In this document: in pieces, positions 1 through 9,874 of the stretch
How positions within the stretch are numbered: the stretch's first letter is position 1
How the letters are laid out: each line of letters begins with the position of its first letter
Virus record (IMG/VR): IMGVR_UViG_3300032007_000060
Span: 18,229 to 82,228 of that record
Length of the DNA stretch: 64,000 bases
From: a virus
Taxonomy: Duplodnaviria > Caudoviricetes
Reading direction: 5' to 3' (one strand)
Translations under genes and position numbers: made by a program
Notes under the pieces: model-generated
Database searches by the model: none
Seen by the model: the letters and a program-made list of their open reading frames with translations, nothing else
Told to the model about the DNA's origin: nothing

Positions 1-17
1 TAAACTTTTCAACAGGA

Positions 18-422
18 CTATTGTTGACTGTTATTGTTATCTGCATATATTTCATCTCGGAATTCTTCTAAAGCTGTTTTTTTAATCCAATTATGTTTGC
101 TTCCACAACCGCATGCTGATAATTCATATTCTTCAGATTTGGTTTCGTATTCTTTGATTTTACCTTCAAGTTTTGCTTTGATGTCAATGTAATTATCAAT
201 TAGCTCTTGTTGTTTTTCAATAGTTTCTTTTTGCCTGTTGTTCCGTTCTTGTAAGTTATTATTTTCAAATTTTAAATCTTTAATATCTTGATGTAATGCC
301 TTAATATGATTATTTAAATAGTTTATTTCACTGATAGCATCGTCTCTTCTTTTTTTAAGTTGGTTTGTTTGTCTTTGATAATATTCAAGTTTTTCTTCAC
401 AATTCATTTCATCTATATTCAT
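18..422 (-). CDS. hypothetical coiled-coil protein
   Basis: 134-aa ORF, heptad-rich, co-oriented with the early operon. Confidence 0.6.
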   Translation of the reverse strand: MNIDEMNCEEKLEYYQRQTNQLKKRRDDAISEINYLNNHIKALHQDIKDLKFENNNLQERNNRQKETIEKQQELIDNYIDIKAKLEGKIKEYETKSEEYELSACGCGSKHNWIKKTALEEFRDEIYADNNNSQQ

Positions 423-578
423 TTAAATAACTCCATTCCATACCTATGATGATTTTTTTATGGATAAACCTTTTTTTCTAAACATTCTTTATATTGACTT
501 ACATTATGAAATCCAAATTGAAAAAAGAGTAAGCACATGTCATTCATACTGACATAATGCTCACAATCTTCATGAACA

Positions 579-962
579 TTATTTTTCCCCATAATATTCC
601 TTCCTCATTCTTTCCATATCATTTAAAATTCTTTGATTTGATGCTTCTGGACTTAAATCTTTTTTAAAATCTGCACAATTTAACTGATAATTCCTTTCAT
701 GTTCCAATGCTTTTCTAAAAAAATCTGGTGAAATATTATCATATTTTTTGTAAGGTATGTTTTTAATAATCCATTCAATAGCCATTTTTGGAGTAATTGT
801 ATTGGCGGTATCAGGTCCTATTTCATCTGCAGCTATAATGCATACTCTTCCATCGAACATATCGTCCGCATGATATTTGACTATGTCTAAAAAATTATTA
901 AATGTAGATTTTGATACGTGTCCTCCGCAGTTAATTTCTAATAATACTTTTTTGAAGCTCAT
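579..962 (-). CDS. hypothetical protein
   Basis: 127-aa ORF; start overlaps the stop of 959..1336. Confidence 0.6.
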   Translation of the reverse strand: MSFKKVLLEINCGGHVSKSTFNNFLDIVKYHADDMFDGRVCIIAADEIGPDTANTITPKMAIEWIIKNIPYKKYDNISPDFFRKALEHERNYQLNCADFKKDLSPEASNQRILNDMERMRKEYYGEK

Positions 963-1336
963 AATAAGTCTCCGTTATATTCACCGAGTTTTTTTAATTT
1001 TTGTTTTAATTCAAAGTTTTCTTTTTCAAAATTATGAATATAGTTACTTGCTTTGTCAGGTGATCTGCATAGTTCAGTGACTTCTTTTTCAATATCAGCA
1101 TAATTTAAATTCATACTTTTCCATGTTAATTCTGTTAATTTCATGGTTAGTACACGATTTTCCATTTTTAAATGTCTGTTCACTGCTTTTAATTCTATGC
1201 TATGGATTAAATCGTTTTGTGTTCTTGTTGCTTCTATTTCCAGCATGTTTAGGATGCCACATATTTCTTCTAATGAGCATGTTTTGTCTGTGAATCTGTT
1301 TTTAATTTCGTTATTTTCAACATAATATTGGTTCAT
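959..1336 (-). CDS. hypothetical protein
   Basis: 125-aa ORF, translationally coupled to its neighbours. Confidence 0.6.
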   Translation of the reverse strand: MNQYYVENNEIKNRFTDKTCSLEEICGILNMLEIEATRTQNDLIHSIELKAVNRHLKMENRVLTMKLTELTWKSMNLNYADIEKEVTELCRSPDKASNYIHNFEKENFELKQKLKKLGEYNGDLL

Positions 1337-1977
1337 TCTAATTCAACTCCCAATTCCTCTGCAATATCCTTAATACTTATTCTTAATACATCATATGCTT
1401 CATATACTATTATATCATCTATATTTTCATTCATTTGTTGTATTGCATAATTGTAATGTTTTTTCAATTGTTCAGCAGTATCTAAACGATACTGAGCATC
1501 TCCATCCATAACTTCTTTGAGTAAATCACTTCTATCATGTAATCTGTTAAATTCATTGCACACTTCCTTTGCCTGAGGATATGTTTCAATCCAAATAGGT
1601 TCCAGGATATTTAGATTATCATGAATATGCTCATCATCAATGTAAAATCTATTTTTAGTTTTATCGGGTTCATCCAAATAGATTATGTGAACTCCATATG
1701 CTTTTGCAATATTATACTCTAATCTACAGCCTCTTGCATTTTCCCAACCGAAACCCATAGCAAGAACATCTGCCATACTCATAAAGAATATTGATTCGCT
1801 GAAACATTCTAATTCAGATTTTTCTTCAGGATTTTCAATAACGGAAGATATTATTTCACAATTATCTTCGTATTTGTCAAATAATAGGTTTACCATTTCT
1901 TTTTCTTCTTTTTCAATTTCTTCTCTTGTTTTTCCTTTCATTGGTCTTGAAAGCATTATTTTTATTTTTTCAGTCAT
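1333..1977 (-). CDS. DUF4406-like (nucleoside deoxyribosyltransferase-like fold) N-terminal domain protein
   Basis: KIMLSRPMKGK...MSMADVLAMGFGWENARGCRLEYNIAKAYGVHII resembles DUF4406; start moved to ATG 1977 (MTEKIK), which overlaps the upstream stop. Confidence 0.5.
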   Translation of the reverse strand: MTEKIKIMLSRPMKGKTREEIEKEEKEMVNLLFDKYEDNCEIISSVIENPEEKSELECFSESIFFMSMADVLAMGFGWENARGCRLEYNIAKAYGVHIIYLDEPDKTKNRFYIDDEHIHDNLNILEPIWIETYPQAKEVCNEFNRLHDRSDLLKEVMDGDAQYRLDTAEQLKKHYNYAIQQMNENIDDIIVYEAYDVLRISIKDIAEELGVELE

Positions 1978-2326
1978 AATCCCAATCCTCCCATATATAT
2001 TCTCTCGCATGTCTTCTTCTTTCATTAGCTCTTACACGATTAATCATCTTAAATACATTATTATTCCTTATAGGATATTTACTCTTTTTACTAACTCTTT
2101 TTTTTACAGATGAGGATGTACTACGTAATTTTACACTATTGATTCTGTTTCGATGGAAATAATCATTAACAACAAAAGACGGATATGTCCGGTATTTCAT
2201 TTTTTGAAATCCATGACTTTTAAAACGACTACAGTCATTTAATAATTTATAGTAACCTCTACTTTGTAAATAATAGATACTATGGGTTTTCCAGTATTCA
2301 TGACTAAATATTTCCAATTCACTCAT
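1970..2326 (-). CDS. hypothetical basic protein
   Basis: 118-aa ORF with overlapping start/stop junctions. Confidence 0.5.
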   Translation of the reverse strand: MSELEIFSHEYWKTHSIYYLQSRGYYKLLNDCSRFKSHGFQKMKYRTYPSFVVNDYFHRNRINSVKLRSTSSSVKKRVSKKSKYPIRNNNVFKMINRVRANERRRHAREYIWEDWDYD

Positions 2327-2691
2327 TCAACTTCACCTTCTAAAACATATTTTTTTATGACCCATTCTACGAAATCATCAATTGGAATAACCATACTCCA
2401 ATCATCATACATTGATGGGTATGAGAATTGGATTTTTTCTTTTTTTAAGAATTCGGTTAATGTATCCCATTCTTTTTCTAATATTTCAAGATAATCTTCC
2501 ATTGAAGTATCATACTGTAATGTTAGGATTAACCAATCATTATTAGCGTCAATACCAATATTAACATAAGCAGGGAGAATATATTTCTCGAATACTGCTA
2601 ATGCTCCACTGAAGTTTCTTTTAAAATTAATGTATTGAACATAACCATTCATCACATCATCTTTAAAAATTAATTTAGTTTTCTCCATCAT
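2323..2691 (-). CDS. hypothetical protein
   Basis: 122-aa ORF in operon. Confidence 0.6.
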   Translation of the reverse strand: MMEKTKLIFKDDVMNGYVQYINFKRNFSGALAVFEKYILPAYVNIGIDANNDWLILTLQYDTSMEDYLEILEKEWDTLTEFLKKEKIQFSYPSMYDDWSMVIPIDDFVEWVIKKYVLEGEVE

Positions 2692-2692
2692 T

Positions 2693-2842
2693 TCACATCA
2701 CCACTTTATCCCATATTATGCTCCAAACAATAGTTATAATACCCGCAGATAATGCTGCACCAACATAAAAATCAGGAATCATTCCATTTTGTGATGCACC
2801 AACTAATATGCAACCTATACATAACATAATATAATTAGTCAT
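2693..2842 (-). CDS. small membrane protein (49 aa, not in ORF track)
   Basis: MTNYIMLCIGCILVGASQNGMIPDFYVGAALSAGIITIVWSIIWDKVVM*; fills the operon gap exactly. Confidence 0.5.
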   Translation of the reverse strand: MTNYIMLCIGCILVGASQNGMIPDFYVGAALSAGIITIVWSIIWDKVVM

Positions 2843-2843
2843 T

Positions 2844-2930
2844 TTACCTAGTCCTTTCACCTATAAGAAAACCCATATATGCTGCCATTGCACCTAATAA
2901 GAAAAATACAACCCATTCTACTTCAATCAT
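2844..2930 (-). CDS. small membrane peptide (28 aa, not in ORF track)
   Basis: MIEVEWVVFFLLGAMAAYMGFLIGERTR*; ATG overlaps the TGA of 2927..3328. Confidence 0.45.
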   Translation of the reverse strand: MIEVEWVVFFLLGAMAAYMGFLIGERTR

Positions 2931-3328
2931 TCTTTTAACTCCTTTTTCAGTTCATTTAATATACTAATTGCAAATTGCCTATTACTCATATCTAAAACTT
3001 TACCTTGTCTCGCATATGGATCATATTCCTGATTTATTTCTGTAATTTTTTTATCAATTAAATTAATAATATTGTCCATTAGTTTACAGGTTTCAACTTC
3101 TACAGCAACGGTTATGTCATCAACTTTTGATTTTAATTGTTTATTTTCTTTTTTAAGGTCAGTTAATTTAGATTTGTATTCTAATTTTTTAGTTAATTCA
3201 TATGTGTGTTGTTTTTTCAAGGTGTCTTTTTCAATTTGTAGCTGCTCATTCTCTTCATATAAACGAATTAGTTCCTCACGAACAAACAAATCTTCAATCA
3301 AATCAATATTTAATCGTTTTTCAGTCAT
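2927..3328 (-). CDS. hypothetical coiled-coil protein
   Basis: 133-aa ORF, MTEKR start. Confidence 0.6.
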   Translation of the reverse strand: MTEKRLNIDLIEDLFVREELIRLYEENEQLQIEKDTLKKQHTYELTKKLEYKSKLTDLKKENKQLKSKVDDITVAVEVETCKLMDNIINLIDKKITEINQEYDPYARQGKVLDMSNRQFAISILNELKKELKE

Positions 3329-3663
3329 TCTTTCACCAACATTCTTATTCTTTTTTTCAAATCACTATTTTGTTTATGTAATTTCCCATTTTCTTTTTTT
3401 AATTTAGGGCAATATTTTTTCCAGTAATCTTTTTGAAATTGAAGTAATGTCTTAAAACTTAAATCATAATGATATTTCTGATGGTAATTATGATGACAAT
3501 TATGACACATTACTATGAGATTTTCAATACTGTTATGCAACTCATCATATTTTGTAGTGTGGAGTATATGATGAGGTTCAAGATTTTTCTTGCTTTCGCA
3601 GATACAACATTTATCTTCCTTTTTTAGAATTTCTTCACCAACAGTAAATCGTTTTTCAGTCAT
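3325..3663 (-). CDS. HNH endonuclease
   Basis: CxxC...LEPHHI...N..NLIVMCHNCH: Zn-binding HNH signature. Confidence 0.75.
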   Translation of the reverse strand: MTEKRFTVGEEILKKEDKCCICESKKNLEPHHILHTTKYDELHNSIENLIVMCHNCHHNYHQKYHYDLSFKTLLQFQKDYWKKYCPKLKKENGKLHKQNSDLKKRIRMLVKE

Positions 3664-3678
3664 TACACATCACCATCA

Positions 3679-3840
3679 TTATACCACTTCAACATCATCT
3701 AATATATTATCAAAAATTTGCTTTAAAACTGTTTTGTCTTCTTTTATTAATTCGTACAATTCTGATGAAATTAATATAATAATACCATCGACACAATTGT
3801 TTTCTTGAACATTTAGTTTAACATCTACTTTTTCAGTCAT
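3679..3840 (-). CDS. hypothetical protein
   Basis: MTEKVDV start at ATG 3840 with RBS, overlapping the upstream stop. Confidence 0.5.
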   Translation of the reverse strand: MTEKVDVKLNVQENNCVDGIIILISSELYELIKEDKTVLKQIFDNILDDVEVV

Positions 3841-4058
3841 TCTCTCACCTCTTCCAAAGGGCAAAATTTGAATAAATGTTCTTTTGGATGGGGTAGGTAG
3901 GTTTTATTTGCTTCAACGCAAATTTTTAATTTGTTGCATTTGTAGAATTCTGCTCCTATAATCAGAGGGTTGTTTTTAGATGTTTCTGTTATTCTTATTT
4001 CTTCGAAGTAAGGGCAGTATTCACATTCTTCGATTGTGCATAATTTTTTTGCAGTCAT
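3837..4058 (-). CDS. small Cys-rich protein
   Basis: 73 aa, CEYCPYF and further Cys residues. Confidence 0.55.
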   Translation of the reverse strand: MTAKKLCTIEECEYCPYFEEIRITETSKNNPLIIGAEFYKCNKLKICVEANKTYLPHPKEHLFKFCPLEEVRE

Positions 4059-4432
4059 TCTATTCTCCTTAAATTTTGTAAATATTCAAATTCGCTACCA
4101 TTAAATTCGCACTGAGGACAAGTATAATATTTTTCAAGTGTCTGAAGTTTAAAATCATTTTCACGGTGTTCTTCTGATTGCTTCTTTAACTCTCTTGATA
4201 ACTCAGATATTCTTGAATGTAGTTTGCTAATTTGTTCAATAGCATCATCAAGATTAGAGTTTAAACTTTCATTCTCTTTTATCATTTGATTTACATAATC
4301 AATAAATCCCTGCATGTATTTTTTATTATCACCAGAAGTGCTAAATCTTCCATAATAAATATAAGGGTTATCTAAATCTTTAATAACAAATTCACATAGG
4401 TTATCTAAACCTATTATATGAAATTCACTCAT
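4055..4432 (-). CDS. hypothetical protein with C-terminal CxxC
   Basis: 125-aa ORF, coiled coil plus CPQC. Confidence 0.55.
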   Translation of the reverse strand: MSEFHIIGLDNLCEFVIKDLDNPYIYYGRFSTSGDNKKYMQGFIDYVNQMIKENESLNSNLDDAIEQISKLHSRISELSRELKKQSEEHRENDFKLQTLEKYYTCPQCEFNGSEFEYLQNLRRIE

Positions 4433-4550
4433 TCCAAATCCTCCCTAAATTCTGTTATTCTCTTAAAACAAGGTATGCATAATGTTTCTTCATCATACAC
4501 TACGAAGTGAGCAGTATGTTCTATTGGCATTCCACAGATTGCACATTCAT

Positions 4551-4757
4551 TCATTCCAAATCCCTCAATGTTATTTCCAACTCTCTTTTACCAAACGGTG
4601 CTATTAATTCAAATACAATACTTCTTTCGGATTCAATACTTAGTTTATTTTCACATAACATTTTAGCAAAATCCTCTCCATTTTCAGTAAGGATTTCACC
4701 TAAATACTTTTTAAAACTAATTCCATTACCCATTGGTTTAATTTCAACATCAGTCAT
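4551..4757 (-). CDS. hypothetical protein
   Basis: 68-aa ORF with GGAG RBS. Confidence 0.5.
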   Translation of the reverse strand: MTDVEIKPMGNGISFKKYLGEILTENGEDFAKMLCENKLSIESERSIVFELIAPFGKRELEITLRDLE

Positions 4758-4974
4758 TCTTCTAACTCCTTTTCATATATACAATTCTTTTTTTTAAATC
4801 CGTCATTAAAAATCAAACAGAAAAATAAATACTTGCACCATCTACAAGTCATTCTTTCAACTCCTTTTCATAAGTACAGAGGTTTCCTTGTCGAAAAGGA
4901 CATTTTGGACAACCAATATTAATACAATACCAATTCATAGTATGAGTCCAAGTTTCAGTCATTCTATCTCCTCT

Positions 4975-5271
4975 TCAATCGTTTAATATGTTCCTACAAT
5001 CAGTAATTTTCTCATGCATTCGCCAAATATTAAGATTTTGTGATTCTACTTCTTCTTTTAACTCCTCTACCTCTTTATTTGCCCAAAACAAATCATGAGA
5101 CAACTTACTATTCTTCAACCTTAACTGTCTATTCTCTTCATACATCCTATTCAATTCTTCACAAATAGTTATTGCATCTTTACGAGTATCCGCAAACGCA
5201 AAATGATGATTCTCCTTTTGAATTTCACCACGATAATTCACAAACAGATCAGTCATCAATAATACCTCCAC
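4975..5271 (-). CDS. hypothetical coiled-coil protein
   Basis: 98-aa ORF (probable start MTDLF). Confidence 0.55.
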   Translation of the reverse strand: MEVLLMTDLFVNYRGEIQKENHHFAFADTRKDAITICEELNRMYEENRQLRLKNSKLSHDLFWANKEVEELKEEVESQNLNIWRMHEKITDCRNILND

Positions 5272-5320
5272 ATTACTATAAGAATATTAATGAGGAATAA
5301 TGCTAATATTATCCTCATTA

Positions 5321-5647
5321 TCATTCTTTTAACTCCATATTCATATTTTGTAACATGTCTTTAGAAACATGAATTAACTGAATCACTTCATCAAAATTAT
5401 CCAACTTTGAAAGTCCAATATCTTTATGAAGAAAACCTATAAGTTCATTTAAAACATTCATAAAATCAGTTAAAACATTCTCAGCATTTATTTTACCAAT
5501 ATTCAAATCATTTAAAACTTTTAACAATTTATCCGCTGACTCTACATTAACTATGAATAGAAATTCACCATCTGGTTTAAAAATATTCACATAATGATAA
5601 TCATCTGTTGATTGTCCGTAAAACATAGCCTCCGCATTATCAGTCAT
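5321..5647 (-). CDS. hypothetical protein
   Basis: 108-aa ORF, coupled start. Confidence 0.55.
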   Translation of the reverse strand: MTDNAEAMFYGQSTDDYHYVNIFKPDGEFLFIVNVESADKLLKVLNDLNIGKINAENVLTDFMNVLNELIGFLHKDIGLSKLDNFDEVIQLIHVSKDMLQNMNMELKE

Positions 5648-6204
5648 GAACTCAACTCCTTCTTCAATTCAACTATCTTCTGAATAGCATCCTGCACATC
5701 AGAATTATCCTTATACTCATCCCGAACAGTTTCAATTGCATTCTCAAGATTATTCAAATCCTCCAGATACCCACCACCAATTAAAACATCACAGGTATAC
5801 TCTTCAATATCATCCAAACTCATATCATTCCAATCAAAATCCCTACAACCAACAACTTCAATTTTACCCTCATCAGTTAAATGAAAACTTACTATCCCAT
5901 TCTTAAATCTTCGTTCATACACTTCACCAGTATTGTACCAGTTCTTGTCCCCAAACATTTCCAAACTTTCTTCAGATAATATATCATCTAAAGTTAAACC
6001 AAAGAATGGGTCAAATGGTTCTATCTGAACAAAAGCATAACTGTAGCTTGGCATTTCAAAATCACTTTCACTGGTTTGGAAAACTCCTTTTATTGAATAA
6101 TATTCTTCACCACTACCATCACCTACGCTGATTTCCCATGATTGCGGGAATGTTTTCAATACTTCAATAAAATCTTTAACAGTTAATTTATTCCTTATAT
6201 TCAT
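5644..6204 (-). CDS. hypothetical acidic protein
   Basis: 186-aa ORF. Confidence 0.6.
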   Translation of the reverse strand: MNIRNKLTVKDFIEVLKTFPQSWEISVGDGSGEEYYSIKGVFQTSESDFEMPSYSYAFVQIEPFDPFFGLTLDDILSEESLEMFGDKNWYNTGEVYERRFKNGIVSFHLTDEGKIEVVGCRDFDWNDMSLDDIEEYTCDVLIGGGYLEDLNNLENAIETVRDEYKDNSDVQDAIQKIVELKKELSS

Positions 6205-6354
6205 TCTGAATCACCATCCACAATTCTGAAATATAATTCATTATCGTTACTCATGTCAAATTCAAGGTCATGAGTAGTTACTCCTTTAACTTCATCATAG
6301 CAAGATAATCTTATTTTTAACTTATTATCAAACTCACGGGACAATGTTCTAAAT

Positions 6355-6768
6355 TCACCTAATCTCATTTTCCCTCATCTCCACAATATATGGTTCTTTC
6401 TTTTCCGGACAATTATCAGCTAAACCTTCTTTTATTCCACTATGATGACCATCAACATGACACATATACGGTTCAGGACTATTCATATCTAAAACACAAG
6501 AAGGACAACATTCACAAGGATAAATAATTCTGATTGCGGGTACTTTTCTGAATTTGTCTTTACTTGGAACAATAGCTAAACTGCTACGGTAATTTAAATA
6601 GTCACAATGGATTTGACCGCCATCATCGATATGGTTGACAATTCCGTATGTTCCTGGTGGAACTGGTGTTGGATCATCCATTTTGAGTAATTTTATAATT
6701 GTGCCTTTAGGGTATTTTTTACGAATTTCAGCTACTTCTTCTTTAGTTGGCCAGAATTCACTATTCAT
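6355..6768 (-). CDS. DUF4314-like protein with Cys-rich tail
   Basis: YPKGTIIKLLKMDDPTPVPPGTYGIVNHIDDGGQIHC...SSLAIVP matches the DUF4314 pattern. Confidence 0.65.
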   Translation of the reverse strand: MNSEFWPTKEEVAEIRKKYPKGTIIKLLKMDDPTPVPPGTYGIVNHIDDGGQIHCDYLNYRSSLAIVPSKDKFRKVPAIRIIYPCECCPSCVLDMNSPEPYMCHVDGHHSGIKEGLADNCPEKKEPYIVEMRENEIR

Positions 6769-7259
6769 CAGGAATCCTCCTTTTTCATTATTAAATGAGG
6801 ATTGGTATCATGGATTTTGTCCATGAACTCAACAACCAAATGTTCCTTACCAACATCTTCCAATAACTCCAACAACACATTAATTTTATCCATATAAGTA
6901 TCTCCCATTAGTAAACCCTCTTGTTCGGATTTTAACTTGAGATTTTTATCCAATAAATCTAATATGCTGTCTACATAATCATCCTCAATATCTTGTATGA
7001 GCTCTTCTTTTTTATTCAAGTGGTCTGCTAATTGTTCAGCATCTTCCACAGTTTCAAAGTACCATTCAGGGAATTCATCTAACTTATCAGTCATAAGAAC
7101 ATGTACATCGTTCCCATCTTCCCATTTTACTTGGTATCTTTTGTTTTCATATTTTTCGGCTAGATGATTGTACTCATAAGATTCACAGGTAACTGGGTTA
7201 TCATTGCAACTTATTCCTGCGGTATTATGGAAACAGTATTTGCATTTATTCTCCTTCAT
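6768..7259 (-). CDS. hypothetical protein
   Basis: 163-aa ORF. Confidence 0.6.
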   Translation of the reverse strand: MKENKCKYCFHNTAGISCNDNPVTCESYEYNHLAEKYENKRYQVKWEDGNDVHVLMTDKLDEFPEWYFETVEDAEQLADHLNKKEELIQDIEDDYVDSILDLLDKNLKLKSEQEGLLMGDTYMDKINVLLELLEDVGKEHLVVEFMDKIHDTNPHLIMKKEDS

Positions 7260-7316
7260 TCTAAATCACCGTATTTTCCTTTTTTATGGAATTTATAATG
7301 CATATATCTAAATAAA

Positions 7317-7847
7317 CTAATCGTTAATCCAGTCTTTTTCATAATTTGGCATATAATATCCGAATTTATCGCAGAACTCCATTATTAACTTGGGAGATAT
7401 TGGATGTTCATAATATCCACGTACTTTAACAATATTACGTTCAACATCAAATTCCACCATATCCGCTTCTTTTCCAAAGAATTCTCGTATTTTCTCTTCA
7501 TATCTTTTAATGTCTTTTTCGTATCGTTCCTTACTATTTTGAATCTGATAATACCAGTTCTCCTCCATTGTTGTATCTTCGTTTTCATGGAATACTTGGA
7601 AGTCTTTTAATAATTCATCAATGTCCAAGTTGAACATTTCACTTAATTGTTGTTTTTCTTCTTCTGTGGGTACTTTTCGGATTGTTACTCTTATATCAGA
7701 TTCAAAGAAACCATTACCTATTCCGGCATAATAATAATCGTCAACTTCTCCTCCAATACTTAATCTTCCGAAATAGAGTACCCATAATAAACCTGCAAAG
7801 GCCATTCCATTATTTGTTTCCGATAACTTCATAATGTCCCCATCCAT
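7317..7847 (-). CDS. hypothetical protein
   Basis: 176-aa ORF. Confidence 0.55.
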   Translation of the reverse strand: MDGDIMKLSETNNGMAFAGLLWVLYFGRLSIGGEVDDYYYAGIGNGFFESDIRVTIRKVPTEEEKQQLSEMFNLDIDELLKDFQVFHENEDTTMEENWYYQIQNSKERYEKDIKRYEEKIREFFGKEADMVEFDVERNIVKVRGYYEHPISPKLIMEFCDKFGYYMPNYEKDWIND

Positions 7848-8031
7848 ATTCTGGTCTTTCAGTCATTTTTCTTTCTGAATCATGTATTCTTATTAAATCA
7901 GGAACCCTTTTACATATTTCAAAGATTTCACGATTTCCAATTCTCAAAGCATAGCATATTACTCCATTAAGGATCCGCCCAGCTTCAATTTCATCCTTAA
8001 CAAATTTCCTATTTGTAAGTTTCATGTTCAT
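7810..8031 (-). CDS. hypothetical protein
   Basis: 73-aa ORF. Confidence 0.45.
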   Translation of the reverse strand: MNMKLTNRKFVKDEIEAGRILNGVICYALRIGNREIFEICKRVPDLIRIHDSERKMTERPEYGWGHYEVIGNK

Positions 8032-8172
8032 ATTGCATACCCCATTATTTCCATTGCTTTTTCTGCAATTTTCCGGTCTATTTGTTTGTTGTTGGTGTTG
8101 ATTTCCACAACAACCTTATCAAGTAGTGAATCGTAGATTTCAACACCCGGAGTGAATTTTGAATCAATAATT

Positions 8173-8439
8173 TTATGCCTCGGACTCCTCATCTTCAATC
8201 AACTCGTCATCTTCAAAAGCATCTTCATCATATTTTAAACGGTTGAGAATGCGAATTTTTTTATCAGGTTCAACTAGTTCCATACCTAATGGATATACTG
8301 CATAATTTTCATATTCGCTTGTTTTGATTGATTCTCCTAATTTTTGTGTTATTTCATCAATGTTTTTGTAGATTTTACTTCCTCTTTCGTCAGGTATTCT
8401 TAATATTACTGCGAATAATACATCATAATTATTACTCAT
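8173..8439 (-). CDS. hypothetical protein
   Basis: 88-aa ORF with acidic tail. Confidence 0.55.
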   Translation of the reverse strand: MSNNYDVLFAVILRIPDERGSKIYKNIDEITQKLGESIKTSEYENYAVYPLGMELVEPDKKIRILNRLKYDEDAFEDDELIEDEESEA

Positions 8440-8813
8440 TTTTTAAACTCCTCTAATTCTTTTTCTAACCATTCTTTAAATTCATTAATACAAGATTCAT
8501 CACCTAAACTACTTAACACATGATTACCGGTGTTATCATAGATGCTGTAGTTCATGCCATAATCTGGATTGCCTAACCATCTCTCTGATGTGATTATGAA
8601 TCTGGTTACTGGTTGGATTAATGGTCTTTGATACCCAAACAGGCTTTCATAATATTCCTGCTGTTCTTTTGCTCTTTCCATATCCATACAGATTAGTCCA
8701 TGAACATAACAAATCTTATCAATTATCATGGTTAATGGCATTCTTTTCAATGTATCTAATAATAATACAGCATCGATTACTTTACAGTATTTAATGATAA
8801 ATCTTTGTTTCAT
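8436..8813 (-). CDS. hypothetical protein
   Basis: probable start MKQRF at 8813, coupled to a 59-aa upstream ORF. Confidence 0.5.
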   Translation of the reverse strand: MKQRFIIKYCKVIDAVLLLDTLKRMPLTMIIDKICYVHGLICMDMERAKEQQEYYESLFGYQRPLIQPVTRFIITSERWLGNPDYGMNYSIYDNTGNHVLSSLGDESCINEFKEWLEKELEEFKK

Positions 8814-8985
8814 TTCTTTGCCTCTTTGAATATGCTGCCTATTGGTGCAAAACACTCAACAAAAGCTGGTTCGGTATCCTCCCATAATTCTCCCCAATTG
8901 GTACATTCATATTCCTTATGGTCATACCAGTCACAGTCTTTATGCTGCTTGGTCGGGTGAATATGAAGATCATCTGGGTTGAGTT

Positions 8986-9702
8986 TCATTCTATCACTTT
9001 TTTAGCTGCTTCCATGTCCCCCTCATAAATATGGAGACTGCTTGAATTGTAGTTTATTCCCTCGAATTCAAGAGTAGGATAATTTTCTTTCAATGCTTCA
9101 ACCAGTTTGATTCCGATGTAGCTGATGAAAAGCATATTTGATGGGAATGCACTGTAACAATCATTTGACCGGAATATCACGTGCAAGATTAACTTATTAT
9201 TCCTTATGGTTGCTTGAACCCAATTCAAACAAGGAATGTGTTGTTCTGTTGCATCTAATCCGCAGTTATATAATGTTGCTACAGCTCGATTGCTTCCAGC
9301 ATGTTCAAGTAATCTGTACTCCATGATTTCTAATTGGTTTGCATCTATTTCTTCATCAAATCTGTCAATAGCAGGATAACAGCATAATCTCTGAGGGTAT
9401 GTATAGACGAAATCTCCTCCATCAATCATGTATGGATCATCAAGACTTTCCACATATTCAGCAAGTGCAAGGTCCTTAATTGGATATCCATTTATATTAA
9501 AAACCCCTTTACGAATCATACTGATAAACATTTTACTGTTAATATTTTGACCGCCGAATTGTTTTAATGGACTGTCAATAAAACAATGATTGATTAATGA
9601 TTCTACGAGTACATCACCATCGTCTTTTTCATGTTCTTCTCCAGTTTCAATTATTTTCTTCAAAAATTTTTTCCATGCATCTTCAAGTTTCATTTGTCTC
9701 AT
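8986..9702 (-). CDS. thyA: thymidylate synthase (archaeal ThyA-type)
   Basis: SNRAV, catalytic HIPCL, FRSND, AFPSN (Asn indicates dUMP specificity), SSSLHIY; start refined to ATG 9702. Confidence 0.85.
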   Translation of the reverse strand: MRQMKLEDAWKKFLKKIIETGEEHEKDDGDVLVESLINHCFIDSPLKQFGGQNINSKMFISMIRKGVFNINGYPIKDLALAEYVESLDDPYMIDGGDFVYTYPQRLCCYPAIDRFDEEIDANQLEIMEYRLLEHAGSNRAVATLYNCGLDATEQHIPCLNWVQATIRNNKLILHVIFRSNDCYSAFPSNMLFISYIGIKLVEALKENYPTLEFEGINYNSSSLHIYEGDMEAAKKVIE

Positions 9703-9874
9703 CTCTCTTTTTCTCTTAATTCCTTTCCTGCAAGCAATCCTAAATATAAAAACATAAACCACATTGAAATCATACTAAACATATTCCTATTAACAGTCCA
9801 ATCAACTAAATAAGAACAAATAACAGATATGCCCATACCTATGACACATATCAACATTATTTTAGAAATATCAT

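Noticed and set aside
9452-9466. 15-bp match (ACATATTCAGCAAGT) to shufflon site 2 inside thyA
   Set aside because: Single distant AT-rich match on the antisense strand of a conserved enzyme, with no cassette attached; probably chance
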